A stretch of DNA of 64,000 nt from Longimicrobiales bacterium (GCA_965238005.1 OZ250165.1:2304001-2368000); one strand, 5' to 3'; shown: positions 1 to 10,500, counted from the first letter of the stretch. Program-made: numbers and translations. Notes: generated from the sequence alone by a model not told the origin.

Positions 1-1235
1 AGGTCGGAGCCGAACTGCGCGAAGGCCTCGAGCTCCTTGTACTGGGCCAGGTCGAGACGGAGACGTCCAGCCACCTTCTTCATCGCCTTGATCTGGGCGG
101 CGCCCCCGACTCGTGATACGGAGATCCCCACGTTCACCGCGGGCCGAACTCCCGAGAAGAACAGATCCGGCTCGAGATAGATCTGGCCGTCGGTGATGGA
201 GATCACATTCGTGGGGATGTAGGCCGACACGTCGCCGGCCTGCGTCTCGATGATGGGGAGAGCCGTGAGCGACCCGCCACCATGCTCGTCGGAGAGCTTG
301 GCTGCCCTCTCCAGGAGCCGGGAGTGCAGGTAGAAGACGTCTCCAGGAAACGCCTCGCGCCCCGGGGGCCGGCGGAGGACCAGCGACAGCTGCCGGTAGG
401 CCGTGGCCTGCTTGGAGAGGTCGTCGAAGACGACCAGGGTGTGCTTTCCCTGCCACATGAAGTGCTCGGCGATGGCGCAAGCCGAGTAGGGGGCGATGTA
501 CTGCAAGGGAGCCGGATCGGACGCGTTGGCCAACACGACCACCGTGTAGTCCATGGCCTCGTGCTCCCGGAGCGTCTCCACGACGCCGGCCACCTTTCCC
601 GCCCGCAGCCCGATGGCGCAGTACACGCAGATGACGTCGGTGTCCTTCTGGTTGATGATCGTGTCGAGGGCGATGGCCGTCTTCCCGGTACTCCGGTCGC
701 CGATGATGAGCTCGCGCTGGCCCCGCCCGATGGGAATCATGGAATCGATGGCCTTGAGACCCGTCTGAAGGGGCTCGTTCACCGGCCGGCGCATGACGAT
801 GCCCGGGGCCACGACGTCGATATGGCGGCGGTCCTCGATGGGGTCGACGGGTCCCTTGCCGTCCACGGGGCTGCCGAGGGGGTCCACGACCCGCCCGACG
901 TATCCTTCACCGACGGGGATGTCCAACACCCGGCCAGTCCGGCGGACCTGATCGCCCTCGTGTAGCCGCGTCCAGTCTCCCATGATGACGGCGCCGATGT
1001 TGTCCTCTTCGAGGTTGAGCGCCAAGGCCGTCACGGCCTCGCCGGTGTCGGCGACGGTGATCTCCAGCATCTCGCTGGCCATCGCCTTCGTCAGGCCGTA
1101 GATGCGCGCGATGCCGTCCTTCACCTCGAGGACTTCGCCCACCTCTTCGGCCCGGAGCCGCTCACCGTAGTTCTCGATCTCAGAAAGGAGGACGCCCTTG
1201 ATCTCGCTGGCGCGGAGTCCCGAATCGTTAGCCAT
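1..1235 (-). CDS. atpA: F0F1 ATP synthase subunit alpha (3' end runs off window)
   Basis: Minus-strand frame from CAT at 1233-1235: [13 protein letters not shown]..., [41 protein letters not shown]; follows atpH. Confidence 0.97.
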   Translation of the reverse strand, partial: MANDSGLRASEIKGVLLSEIENYGERLRAEEVGEVLEVKDGIARIYGLTKAMASEMLEITVADTGEAVTALALNLEEDNIGAVIMGDWTRLHEGDQVRRTGRVLDIPVGEGYVGRVVDPLGSPVDGKGPVDPIEDRRHIDVVAPGIVMRRPVNEPLQTGLKAIDSMIPIGRGQRELIIGDRSTGKTAIALDTIINQKDTDVICVYCAIGLRAGKVAGVVETLREHEAMDYTVVVLANASDPAPLQYIAPYSACAIAEHFMWQGKHTLVVFDDLSKQATAYRQLSLVLRRPPGREAFPGDVFYLHSRLLERAAKLSDEHGGGSLTALPIIETQAGDVSAYIPTNVISITDGQIYLEPDLFFSGVRPAVNVGISVSRVGGAAQIKAMKKVAGRLRLDLAQYKELEAFAQFGSD

Positions 1236-1292
1236 TGCCTAGTCCTGTGATTCCATCACGAAAGCCGGCTCGAGCCGACCCGATCTCTAGCG

Positions 1293-1856
1293 TCATGCCT
1301 CCCCTACCTTGGGGAGGTCGGTCGTAAGCAACTTCCGGCGCAATCCGTCCAGCCTGCGCCGCAGGGATCCATCGTAAATCGTGTCGCCCGCTCGAACGAC
1401 GACGCCGCCCAGGATGCTCGGCTTCACCCGCACCTGGGGGATCGCCCGGCGGCCGATGAGGGCCGTCAGCCCCTCCTGGAGCTCGGCCATGGACGCTTCG
1501 TCCATGCTGCGAGCCAACGTGACCTCTACCCGAACGCGGCCCAGACGCTGATCCACGAGGGTGTGATACTCCTTCGCGATCTCCCTCACAAGACGCTGTC
1601 GCCTCTTGTCGAGCGTGACGAACAGGAAGTTGATCAGAGTCGCCGGCAGGGTATCCGTGAAGACGCTCCGGATGACCTCTTTCTTCTGACTCGCCGCGAT
1701 CCGCGGTGTCTCCAGGAAGATCCGGAAGCTCGGGTTCTCGTCGATGAGGCGCGCGACGACTTCGATGCCGTCCCCGAATGCCTCCAGCCCCTCGTGCCGC
1801 TCCGCTACCTCGAGGAGGGTCTCGGCGTAGTTTCGGGCGACCGTTTCCTCTCTCAC
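1293..1856 (-). CDS. atpH: ATP synthase subunit delta
   Basis: VARNYAETL...ILGGVVVRAGDTIYDGSL; operon position. Confidence 0.95.
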   Translation of the reverse strand: MREETVARNYAETLLEVAERHEGLEAFGDGIEVVARLIDENPSFRIFLETPRIAASQKKEVIRSVFTDTLPATLINFLFVTLDKRRQRLVREIAKEYHTLVDQRLGRVRVEVTLARSMDEASMAELQEGLTALIGRRAIPQVRVKPSILGGVVVRAGDTIYDGSLRRRLDGLRRKLLTTDLPKVGEA

Positions 1857-2440
1857 GCCTGGGCCCCCTCGCCCTGTTCGCTGAGGTCATCGATGTAGCC
1901 CATCACCAGCTCACGGTCCTTGGCCTCATCGAGGCTCTCGCCCATGAGCTTGGCGGCCGCGGCCAGCGCCAGGTCGACCGACTCCTTCCGGATCGCCTCG
2001 AGGGCCGCGTCCTTCTCACGCTCGATGGACTCGTGGGCGCGCTCGATGAGGGCCTGGCCCTCCACCCTGGCCTTCTCTTCGATGTCCTGCCGGACCTTGT
2101 CACCAGCTTCCCTGCTCTCGGCGATCAGCTGCTGCGCCTGGCGACGTGCGTCGGCCATCTGCTGCCTGTGCTCCGCCAGGAGCTTGGCAGCCTCTTCCCT
2201 CTCGTTGGCAGCCCGGTCCAACGTGTCCTGAATGCCGCTCTCACGCGCCTCGACGGCGGCGAGGACCGGCCCCCACGCGAACTTCCAAAGAATGCCGAGC
2301 AGTATGAGAAAGACGAGCGTTGTCCAGACCGACAGGCCCAGGTTTAGGTCGAACATCCCGCCCCCACCCTCTTGCGCCATCGCGGGCACGGGAAGAATCA
2401 GCGCGTACGACCCGAGGACCGCGAGCATGCATCTAGTCAT
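1853..2440 (-). CDS. atpF: ATP synthase subunit b
   Basis: TM segment FLILLGILWKFAWGP followed by charged coiled coil; operon position. Confidence 0.95.
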   Translation of the reverse strand: MTRCMLAVLGSYALILPVPAMAQEGGGGMFDLNLGLSVWTTLVFLILLGILWKFAWGPVLAAVEARESGIQDTLDRAANEREEAAKLLAEHRQQMADARRQAQQLIAESREAGDKVRQDIEEKARVEGQALIERAHESIEREKDAALEAIRKESVDLALAAAAKLMGESLDEAKDRELVMGYIDDLSEQGEGAQA

Positions 2441-2697
2441 CGATTTATCATCATAAACGCGAGGCCGATACCGAAGAGCGCCACACCCTCGATGAGCGCC
2501 GCGAAGATGATCGCCGCCGTCTGGATCTGAGCCGTCACTTCCGGCTGACGGGCGATCCCCGACGCCGCGGCGGCACCGATGGGGCCGATTCCGAGTCCCG
2601 CACCGAGCACGGCACCGCCGATGGCCAATCCGGCACCGATGAGGCCGATGCCGCCATTCCCAGCGGCTTCCTGAACAGTGGTAAGCAAGAAGTGCAT
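2437..2697 (-). CDS. atpE: ATP synthase subunit c
   Basis: GxGxG-rich helix, ARQPE loop, LIEG carboxylate. Confidence 0.96.
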   Translation of the reverse strand: MHFLLTTVQEAAGNGGIGLIGAGLAIGGAVLGAGLGIGPIGAAAASGIARQPEVTAQIQTAAIIFAALIEGVALFGIGLAFMMINR

Positions 2698-2719
2698 CTT
2701 TCGTCCTTTGTCCTGGTGA

Positions 2720-3637
2720 CTAATGAGCGTGACGTATGAGCCCGATGAAGACGGAGGTGAGCATCACGAAGATGTAGGCCTGCAAGAAGGCGATGAACAA
2801 CTCGAGAATCATGAGAATGCTGGCCATGGTGACCGAAGTGACGCCCATGAGGTAGCTCTGGAACACGAAGATCATGCCCATGATGGCAAGGATCAGCGTG
2901 TGACCCGCCGTCATGTTGGCGAGGAGACGCACCGCCAGCGCGAACGGCTTGGCCAGCTTACCCAGGAACTCAACCACCGTCAGGATGACCAGCAATCCCG
3001 GCTTCATGAGCGTTGGAACGCCCGCGGGCAGAAAGAAGATCGTCTTGGCGTACCCGACGGGCCCGAGAACCCTGAATCCCGAAACCTCGATTACGATGAA
3101 GCTGACGACGGCCAGCGCGGCGGTCACGGACAGGTTCGCCGTGGGAGTGATCCCCAGCGGCGTGAGCCCGATCAGGTTCATCCCGAGAATGAAGAAGAAC
3201 AGCGTGAGGATGTACGAGGTGTAGGCATCGGCACCATGCCCGATGTTCGCCCGCACCACCTCGTCCCGGAAGTAGATGATCATGGCCTCCATGGCGTTGG
3301 CGAATCCGCTGGGCGCCTTTTCTACGCCCTTCGACCGGATGGCCCTGGCCACGGGGATGAAGATCATAGGAAGCAGAAGCGCAACGAGCAGCATCACCAC
3401 GAGCTGACGGGTCGGCGACATGTCGATGGCGACGGATCCCAGCTGGATGGGCTCCACGCTCAGCAACTCGAGGCTCCAGTGCCCACCGGCGAACTCGATG
3501 TCCTTGGCGTCGCCGATGTGGTGCGAGATGAAGTCGGGCAGCCCCTCCATGGAAAGACCATTGGCGGCCTCTGGGCCATGGCCTGCCTCTTGAGCTGCCT
3601 CCCCGGCGTGCTCATGCAGAGCTCCGAATAGACTCAT
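2720..3637 (-). CDS. atpB: ATP synthase subunit a
   Basis: PTAN, ALAVRLLANMTAGH, FLQAYIF motifs. Confidence 0.96.
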   Translation of the reverse strand: MSLFGALHEHAGEAAQEAGHGPEAANGLSMEGLPDFISHHIGDAKDIEFAGGHWSLELLSVEPIQLGSVAIDMSPTRQLVVMLLVALLLPMIFIPVARAIRSKGVEKAPSGFANAMEAMIIYFRDEVVRANIGHGADAYTSYILTLFFFILGMNLIGLTPLGITPTANLSVTAALAVVSFIVIEVSGFRVLGPVGYAKTIFFLPAGVPTLMKPGLLVILTVVEFLGKLAKPFALAVRLLANMTAGHTLILAIMGMIFVFQSYLMGVTSVTMASILMILELFIAFLQAYIFVMLTSVFIGLIRHAH

Positions 3638-4011
3638 GTCGTCGTCCGTGCGTCCTCACTGTCGGCCCTGAGAAAGGCCGGTTCCATCAACAACAAGACG
3701 AAGAAGAACCCCACCAACGACAGCAGAAGCGCTGCCGGCTCCACCGACTCGAGCCTCGAGGACGCCAACCCCACCGCCACGACCACCGCCACCCGGAGCG
3801 CAATCCCTGCCCCCCACCACGCCATGAAGCGGGTCGGCTCCCCTCGCGCGCGAAGGAGTAACGCGAATGCCATGACTTGGACAGGGTAAGCAATCAGCGC
3901 CGCCAGGAGAATCCCTGTTCTCCCCGCGTCATCCAGAAACACCGAGAGGGCCGCGGCTCCCAAGCCCACCACCAGAAGCGCGGTCAAGGCGTAGCGGTTA
4001 AGGGCATTCAA
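3634..4011 (-). CDS. AtpI-like 4-TM membrane protein
   Basis: Hydrophobic C-terminal part of ORF 3634..4599; TTG start overlaps the upstream stop and the stop overlaps the atpB start; start inferred. Confidence 0.7.
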   Translation of the reverse strand: MNALNRYALTALLVVGLGAAALSVFLDDAGRTGILLAALIAYPVQVMAFALLLRARGEPTRFMAWWGAGIALRVAVVVAVGLASSRLESVEPAALLLSLVGFFFVLLLMEPAFLRADSEDARTTT

Positions 4012-4277
4012 TCCGTCTCGCGCTCCTCGCGGTCCTGCTCCTGTCGTGGCCGTATCACCAGCTGGACATAGAGACTGTAGAAACCGGCTGCACCCCCCAA
4101 GAGCATCCCGAAGAGCGTGAACAACGACTGGGACCCGACTCGCTCCCCGATCTCGGATCCGACCCATCCGAAGAGCGCTACCGACGCGGCTATGGCCATC
4201 CCGTGCCCAAAAAAACGGGAGGAGGCGCGGACCACATCTGTCCCTCGATTTCCGCTCGGATTTCCTGACCCTGGCAT
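4008..4277 (-). CDS. AtpZ/AtpI-family (ATPase gene 1) protein
   Basis: Two TM helices (GMAIAASVALFGWVG...GMLLGGAAGFYSLY); first gene of the atp operon. Confidence 0.8.
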   Translation of the reverse strand: MPGSGNPSGNRGTDVVRASSRFFGHGMAIAASVALFGWVGSEIGERVGSQSLFTLFGMLLGGAAGFYSLYVQLVIRPRQEQDREERETD

Positions 4278-4589
4278 TGGCTGGAACTCCGGTCGGTAGC
4301 CCAAAGCCAGCCAAATTTAGAAGCTTGTGAAAAATTTCGCAAGCGCCACTTTCCCCCTGTTCAAAGGGGATTCCGGCGGATCCACGACGCTTGACGGGGG
4401 ACGGCACCGAAGTCAACTTCGCGGCGTGACAAGCAGGCTCGAATCGGCCCGACGTTGACGTCGAACGCCCCCCCAAGAGATCCAAACCGGACCTCTGGCG
4501 GCAGGTGGCGGGTACGCTGCGTAGCCGGCCACACCAGGCCACGCCCGCCGCGCGGCCAGAACCTTTCAGCAGGGCGCGGAAGCGATCTG

Positions 4590-5609
4590 ATGACGTCAAC
4601 GACGAAAACGGTTGTCCGAGATCGGGACCTGGAGCTCCTTGAGCGCGTCGCTCGGGTCGCCGAAGAGATCAGACGCGAGATCGAAAAGCAGATCGTCGGC
4701 CAACATGAGGTGGTGGAGGGCTTGCTCACCGCCCTTCTGGCCAACGGGCACGTGCTCCTGGTGGGTGTTCCGGGCCTGGCGAAGACTCTGCTGATCTCGA
4801 CTCTGGCCGAGGCTCTGGACCTGGACTTCAGCCGCATTCAGTTCACCCCGGACCTGATGCCCACCGACATCACCGGAACCGAGGTCATCGAGGAAGATCG
4901 CTCTACGGGACGCAGGGTGTTTCGCTTCGTTCGAGGGCCCATCTTCGCCAACGTGGTTCTAGCAGACGAGATCAACAGGACCCCGCCGAAGACCCAGGCC
5001 GCTTTGCTCCAGGCCATGCAGGAGCGGGAGGTGACCGCCGCCGGGCAGACGTATGATCTGGAGGCACCGTTCTTCGTGCTGGCTACCCAGAACCCCATCG
5101 AGCAGGAGGGCACCTACCCCCTGCCCGAGGCGCAGCTCGACCGCTTCATGCTCGAACTTCCCATCGGGTATCCGTCCAGGGACGAAGAGGAGGAGATCGC
5201 CATGCGGACGACGGGTGAGGAGGATCCTCAGATCCGGCCCGTAGTGTCCTCGAAGGAGCTCATCAAACTCCAACAGCTGGTGCGCAGGGTCCCGGCGTCT
5301 CCCTCACTCGTCTCGTTTGCGGTGCACCTCGCACGTTCTACCCGACCCGGCCTGAAAGAAACGTCGGCGGTATCGGAGCGATATGTGAGCTGGGGCGCCG
5401 GCCCTCGGGCTTCCCAGTACCTTGTCCTCGGCGCGAAGGCCCGCGCGGCCTTCCGGGGCGATCCCATTCCGTCGTACGAGGATGTTATCGCAGTCGCGCC
5501 CGCCGTCCTGGCACACCGCATCGTGCTCAACTTCGAAGCCGAAGCGGATGGACGGGTGACCCGTGACGTGATTGCAGAGCTTCTGCAGGAAACGGTTGCA
5601 TGGACGTAG
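4590..5609 (+). CDS. MoxR family AAA+ ATPase
   Basis: GVPGLAKT Walker A, IQFTPDLMP, LADEINRTPPKTQAALL, ATQNPIEQEGTYPLPEAQLDRF. Confidence 0.95.
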   Translation: MTSTTKTVVRDRDLELLERVARVAEEIRREIEKQIVGQHEVVEGLLTALLANGHVLLVGVPGLAKTLLISTLAEALDLDFSRIQFTPDLMPTDITGTEVIEEDRSTGRRVFRFVRGPIFANVVLADEINRTPPKTQAALLQAMQEREVTAAGQTYDLEAPFFVLATQNPIEQEGTYPLPEAQLDRFMLELPIGYPSRDEEEEIAMRTTGEEDPQIRPVVSSKELIKLQQLVRRVPASPSLVSFAVHLARSTRPGLKETSAVSERYVSWGAGPRASQYLVLGAKARAAFRGDPIPSYEDVIAVAPAVLAHRIVLNFEAEADGRVTRDVIAELLQETVAWT

Positions 5610-5658
5610 GTCCGAGTAACAAGGCGGGCGATCGGCCGCCGACTACCCGGGGTATCAC

Positions 5659-6915
5659 ATGATTTGGCTGCTGTTGGCCGCAGCGGTCGTCTCGATCCTG
5701 CTCTCTGCGGCACTTGTCGCAGCGGAGGCAGCCGCTTTCGCCATCGGCTCCTCGCGGCTACGGACGTTGGAGGAAGAAGGATTCCAGGGGGCTGAAGCCC
5801 TGGCTGATCTGAGAGCCCGGCCTGAAGCGGTGCGGGCCTCCCTGCTCATCCCGACCACCATGCTCAACGCCGCCGCCGTCGGCGTCTCCGTCATTCTGGG
5901 CACGCTGCTCGGGGGGACCACCGGTGGTGTGCTCGGACTTGTCATCGGCGGCGGAGCCGTCTTGGTCATGGGGCAGAGCATCCCTCGGCTCCTGGCTACC
6001 ATCCGGCCCCTCCGCATGGCCCTCGGCGCCGCTCCCCTCCTCATGTTCGTCGAGAGGACCGTGGGAGCGGCCACGGCCCCCTTCGGGCGCCTCACCGGCT
6101 TCCTGGTGCCACGGAACGGAGACGAGGGGTCGACCCAGGAGGAGCGGGCCGTCCGTGAGATCACGGAGCTGGGACAGGAGGAAGGGTTGGTGGGGGTGGA
6201 AGAGCACCTTCTCGTGGAGAGAGCCTTCCGCCTGGACGAGTTGACGGCGTGGGACGTCATGACTCCCAGGGTCGACATCTTCGCCTGGAGGGACTCCCTT
6301 ACCCTCGAGGAGATCATGAGCGAGCTCGAGACGGTCCCGTATTCCCGGGTGCCGGTCTACCAGGAGACGACCGATGACATCTCGGGCATCCTGTACGTTC
6401 GTGAGGCCTACGAGAACTACGTGGCCGGCCGCACCTCCATGATCCTTGCCCATCTGTCCCGGGAGCCACTCTTCGTGCCGGGCTCCCTGCCGCTGACGCA
6501 GCTGCTCCGGCAGTTCCAGGCGCGTCGGATCCACATGGGGATCGTCGCCGACGAGTTCGGTGGAACCGATGGGCTGGCGACCCTGGAAGACATCATTGAG
6601 GAGCTGGTGGGCGAGATCGTCGACGAGACCGACGTGGACGAGGTGGCGCTGATCCGCTTGTCCCGCACCGAGGTGGAAGCGCCGGGCGGCATGGACGTCC
6701 GGGAGATCAACCACGCGTTCACCGTGGCCCTCCCCCAGCTCGAGCATCGCTCCCTCAACGGATTCATCCTCGAAGAGCTGGGCTACGTACCCGAGGCCGA
6801 AGAGACGCTCGACTGTGCCGGGGTACGGATCGAGATCCTGGAAGCCTCGGACACGCAGGTGATCCGTGCCCGCCTGACCAAGCTCTCGGCGACGGGCAGA
6901 GACGAGAACACTTAG
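5659..6915 (+). CDS. Hemolysin/CNNM family protein (DUF21-CBS-CorC)
   Basis: N-terminal TMs, VMTPRVD, YSRVPVY, DEFGGTDGLATLEDIIEELVGEI. Confidence 0.92.
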   Translation: MIWLLLAAAVVSILLSAALVAAEAAAFAIGSSRLRTLEEEGFQGAEALADLRARPEAVRASLLIPTTMLNAAAVGVSVILGTLLGGTTGGVLGLVIGGGAVLVMGQSIPRLLATIRPLRMALGAAPLLMFVERTVGAATAPFGRLTGFLVPRNGDEGSTQEERAVREITELGQEEGLVGVEEHLLVERAFRLDELTAWDVMTPRVDIFAWRDSLTLEEIMSELETVPYSRVPVYQETTDDISGILYVREAYENYVAGRTSMILAHLSREPLFVPGSLPLTQLLRQFQARRIHMGIVADEFGGTDGLATLEDIIEELVGEIVDETDVDEVALIRLSRTEVEAPGGMDVREINHAFTVALPQLEHRSLNGFILEELGYVPEAEETLDCAGVRIEILEASDTQVIRARLTKLSATGRDENT

Positions 6916-7097
6916 TGTCCCGTTTCCAAAGTGTCTCGGCCAGTCGAGGGCACGGTGCATCCGTGGGCTCGGCGTTGGGACTCCTTGCGACCACGCTTCG
7001 CGCGGTGCCCGCGTGCACTACGCCGCGTCGTCCCGCCTTGATCCCACGGCGCCCCGGCCCTCTTGGTGGCTCGCGAACTTCGGAAACGGAACACTAG
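6912..7097. mobile_element. MITE-like element, type-A ends (IS630-like TIRs, TA duplication)
   Basis: TAGTGTCCCGTTTCCAAAGT ... ACTTCGGAAACGGAACACTAG; homologous to copies at 12931, 13095 and 30082. Confidence 0.85.
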
Positions 7098-7105
7098 CCG
7101 TCTCG

Positions 7106-7735
7106 ATGGCCATCATCCTGCCCTTCAACGGGAAGCGGCCTCGCATCGCCGATACCGCTTTCATCGCCCCCAACGCCGTCCTCGTGGGAGACGTGACCGT
7201 CGGCGAAAAGGCCAGCATCTGGTTCGGCGCGGTGCTTCGTGCAGACGACCCCGAGAACGGGATCATCGTCGGGGCGGGCACCAGCGTGCAGGACAACTGC
7301 GTGGTCCACGTCGGCGGCTGGGCGCCCACCCGCATCGGCGAACAGGTGACCGTGGGGCACGGAGCCAAGTTCGAGAGTTGCGAGATCGGCGATCGGACCG
7401 TGGTGGGCATGAATGCCGTCGTCCTCCAGAAGGCTCGCATCGGCATCGAGTGCGTGATCGGCGCCAACGCCGTCGTCCTAGAGGGAACCGAGATCCCCGA
7501 CCGCACCCTGGTGGCGGGAGTCCCGGGAGTCGTCAAACGGACTCTCGACGACTCCGCCGGCTGGATCGCACGAGGGGGGCGCCATTACATCGAGCTGTCC
7601 AGAGCCTACCTGGACCAGAGGATGGGAGAGGCCGCCGCCCCCTGTTGCGAGCGGTGTGGAGGCCCCGTGCTCGAGCGTCACTGCAAGATCGTCTGCCTGG
7701 CTTGCGGCCATCAGCGGGACTGCTCGGACCCGTAG
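7106..7735 (+). CDS. Gamma carbonic anhydrase family protein with C-terminal zinc-ribbon extension
   Basis: PRIADTAFIAPNAVLVGDVTVG hexapeptide repeats, QDNCVVH, VGHG; tail CERCGG...HCKIVCLACG..DCSD. Confidence 0.9.
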   Translation: MAIILPFNGKRPRIADTAFIAPNAVLVGDVTVGEKASIWFGAVLRADDPENGIIVGAGTSVQDNCVVHVGGWAPTRIGEQVTVGHGAKFESCEIGDRTVVGMNAVVLQKARIGIECVIGANAVVLEGTEIPDRTLVAGVPGVVKRTLDDSAGWIARGGRHYIELSRAYLDQRMGEAAAPCCERCGGPVLERHCKIVCLACGHQRDCSDP

Positions 7736-7748
7736 CCCGCGCGAGCCC

Positions 7749-8528
7749 TTACGGCGCAGGCATATGGAGGATGGATGTGACGTACCACCCGATGATGGCC
7801 TCTCCCCATCCGTAGGTCACCGCAGCACCCGCCGCCAGGAAGATCCCGAACGGCACGAGCTTGCCGGTCTTGAATGAGATGGGTCCGAAGATCACGGAGC
7901 CCAGGAGCGCCCCCAGAAAGATGGTCAGGAGCACCCCGGGCATCCCCAGAAAGGCCCCGACCATCGACATCATCTTTACGTCCCCACCCCCCATGGCGTC
8001 CTTCTTGAACATCCACTTCCCGACTACCGCGACGCCCCTCAGCAGGGCGAAACCCAGCACGGCTCCGAGCAGAGCCTGAAGCGGGGTCAGCCCGCTCGGG
8101 AGGAACGAGAGAACACCCCCCAGAACCAGGCCGCCCAGTGAGAACTGATCCGGGATGATGTAGAAGCGGGCGTCACTCAGGGAGATCCCGAAGAGAATGG
8201 TCAGGAAGACCGCCCCGCGGAACGCTTCCCCCGAGAGTCCTCCATAAGTGAAAACGCCGGCCCACACCAGGCCAGTCGCGAGCTCCACCAGCGGATACTG
8301 GAGTGAGATCCGCTCCTTACAGGCCCGACAGCGTCCCCTGAGGAAGAAGTAACTCAGGACCGGCAGGTTGTCGTACCAGCGGATGTCGGCGCCGCACGAG
8401 GGGCAGTGCGAGCCAGGGAAGACCACCGACTCGTCCTGCGGCCAGCGGAGGGTGCACACGTTCAAGAACGATCCGATCGTGAGCCCGAAGGCCCCGGCTG
8501 CCACAGAAACCATCCAGGCCTCGATCAA
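7749..8528 (-). CDS. pilD: Prepilin peptidase (A24)
   Basis: GSFLNVC, SHCPSC, GRCRAC, MGGGDVK, VPFGIFLA. Confidence 0.93.
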   Translation of the reverse strand: MIEAWMVSVAAGAFGLTIGSFLNVCTLRWPQDESVVFPGSHCPSCGADIRWYDNLPVLSYFFLRGRCRACKERISLQYPLVELATGLVWAGVFTYGGLSGEAFRGAVFLTILFGISLSDARFYIIPDQFSLGGLVLGGVLSFLPSGLTPLQALLGAVLGFALLRGVAVVGKWMFKKDAMGGGDVKMMSMVGAFLGMPGVLLTIFLGALLGSVIFGPISFKTGKLVPFGIFLAAGAAVTYGWGEAIIGWYVTSILHMPAP

Positions 8529-9310
8529 GGGGTGTCACTCCCGTGCGTTGTGAGGACGTAAAGAAGGATCGAGCCCGCCACTCCAGCGTTCAAGGAGTCC
8601 ACGCCCGCCGCCATGGAGATCGCGACTTTGTGAGCCGCGGAGGCCACGATCTCCGGTCGGAGCCCAGCCCCCTCGTTTCCCACCGCCAGCGCCCAGGGCA
8701 GACTCGGCTCTACCTCGCTAACATCGCGTCCGCTGGGATCCGCGGCCAGAACATCCACGCTCTGACTCACCAGCCAGGGACCGACCTCGGCCCACGGGGC
8801 CCGCACGATGTCCACGTGAAAGCTGGCCCCGGCGGAGGCTCTTACGGCCTTGGCGTTCCAGGGATCCACCGATCCGTCCAGGGCCATAACCGACGAAGCT
8901 CCGAATGCCCTGGCCGCTCGGATGAGCGTTCCGAGGTTCCCGGGATCCTGGATTCCGTCGAGGAGCAGAATTCGTCCACCGGCCAGCGGAGCAAGGTGCA
9001 AGAGTCGCCGTTTCGGCTCCTCACAGACGAGAAGGACTCCTTGCGGATGCTCGGTGTCCGCCATGCGATCCAAGTCGCCATCGTCCATCTCGTCCACGGG
9101 CACTCCCCGATTCGAGATGTCGGCCGCGAGGGCCCTACCGGCCTCAGTGCCGAGTAGCCGCGGAGACCGCACCGCGAATCGGGCCTGCACGTCCGCGGCG
9201 AACGCCTCCCGCACGCAGCGCACCCCCTCCACCAACACGAGCCCCTCCGGGGGCCGGCCCTTGCGGGTCTTCAGGCGCTCGATGAGCAATATCTTGTTCT
9301 TGCTCGGCAT
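8525..9310 (-). CDS. TrmH/SpoU family RNA methyltransferase
   Basis: LDGIQDPGNLGTLIR, VGNEGAG, DSLNAGVA; start moved to MPSKNK. Confidence 0.92.
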   Translation of the reverse strand: MPSKNKILLIERLKTRKGRPPEGLVLVEGVRCVREAFAADVQARFAVRSPRLLGTEAGRALAADISNRGVPVDEMDDGDLDRMADTEHPQGVLLVCEEPKRRLLHLAPLAGGRILLLDGIQDPGNLGTLIRAARAFGASSVMALDGSVDPWNAKAVRASAGASFHVDIVRAPWAEVGPWLVSQSVDVLAADPSGRDVSEVEPSLPWALAVGNEGAGLRPEIVASAAHKVAISMAAGVDSLNAGVAGSILLYVLTTHGSDTP

Positions 9311-9316
9311 GGGCTC

Positions 9317-9355
9317 CCTCTCGGTGGCTCGCAAACTTCGGAAACGGAACACTAG
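9317..9355. repeat. Truncated type-A MITE end
   Basis: CTCTCGGTGGCTCGCAAACTTCGGAAACGGAACACTAG matches the right end of 6912..7097. Confidence 0.8.
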
Positions 9356-9631
9356 TGTGGTGTCCCAGAAGTGTCTCGGCCATTGATCTCGCTGCGCTCG
9401 ATCGTCTCGCGGTCGACTCGGCGCCCACGGCGAGCATGAAGGTCGCTCGGCTCGAGCACCGATGCATCCGGCCCTGCGGTGTTCCTCCTCCTCGGACCAC
9501 GGCCTTCGGCCGCGGTGCCCGCGTTGCTATTCCTCGTCGTCGCGCCTGACCCACGCCTAACGGCGCGGGTACCCCGGATCCGGCGCCTCGGCACTCTCGG
9601 TGGCTCGCGAACTTCTGGGACACCACACTAG
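9352..9631. mobile_element. MITE-like element, type-B ends
   Basis: Perfect 21-bp inverted ends CTAGTGTGGTGTCCCAGAAGT / ACTTCTGGGACACCACACTAG; inverted near-copy at 48612..48891. Confidence 0.88.
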
Positions 9632-9687
9632 ATTGGCCTCGGACCGGTATCAGACACCGAAGGCCGACCCTCGCATCCTTCGACTCA

Positions 9688-10494
9688 ATGGATAACCCAC
9701 CTCCAGTGGCCCTCACAATCGCCGGAAGCGACAGCGGAGGCGGTGCGGGAATACAAGCAGATCTCAAGACCTTTCATGCGTTCGGCGTCTTCGGGTGCAG
9801 CGCCGTCACCGCGGTGACGGCTCAGAACACTCTCGGCGTGGACGCCGTGCACGCCATCCCCGAGGGGGTGGTCCGGGCCCAGATCGACGCCGTGGTCAGC
9901 GACCTCGCACCGGTAGCCGTGAAGACCGGCATGCTCGCCACCGCCGGACTGGTCCACGCGGTGTCCGAGGCAATCCGAGACCATCGCCTCGACAACTACG
10001 TCCTCGATCCGGTGATGGTCTCCACCACCGGCCACCGGCTCCTCGACGAGGACGCGGTTGATGCCATCCGAGGGGAGTTGATCCCGCTGGCCGCCGTGGT
10101 CACACCCAACGTCCACGAGGCCCGGATCCTGACCGAGCGACCCCTGGAGGGGCCTGATGACCTGGAGACCGCAGGTCGGGAGCTCCTCCGGATGGGTGCT
10201 CGGGCGGCCCTCATAAAGGGCGGGCACCTGCGGGGGGATAACGCCGTGGACCTGCTGCTGACGAGCGAAGGTCACCGCGTTTGGTCTCGCCCCCGTCTCG
10301 ACGTGGGAGCCGGTCACGGCACCGGTTGCACTCTGTCGGCGGCCCTCGCCGCGGGCCTGGCACTGGGGCGATCATTGGTCGACGCCACCGACGCTGCGGT
10401 GGACTTCGTAGCCCGTGCCCTCGCGTCGGCACCGGGCCTGGGAGCCGGGCAGGGTCCCATCAACCACTTCGTACCAGCGTTCCCGGAAGACTGA
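9688..10494 (+). CDS. thiD: Hydroxymethylpyrimidine/phosphomethylpyrimidine kinase
   Basis: LTIAGSDSGGGAGIQADLKTF, DPVMV, TPNVHEA, GHGTGCTLSAA. Confidence 0.96.
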   Translation: MDNPPPVALTIAGSDSGGGAGIQADLKTFHAFGVFGCSAVTAVTAQNTLGVDAVHAIPEGVVRAQIDAVVSDLAPVAVKTGMLATAGLVHAVSEAIRDHRLDNYVLDPVMVSTTGHRLLDEDAVDAIRGELIPLAAVVTPNVHEARILTERPLEGPDDLETAGRELLRMGARAALIKGGHLRGDNAVDLLLTSEGHRVWSRPRLDVGAGHGTGCTLSAALAAGLALGRSLVDATDAAVDFVARALASAPGLGAGQGPINHFVPAFPED

Positions 10495-10500
10495 GTCGGA

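Noticed and set aside
4590..5609. MoxR without adjacent DUF58/VWA partners
   Set aside because: Partners are often encoded elsewhere; nothing else here supports a new system.
9352..9594. 80-aa ORFs within type-B MITEs (also 48649..48891) and the ..ETGH/..TEH ORFs in type A
   Set aside because: No transposase motifs; open frames are expected in GC-rich repeats ending in TAG.
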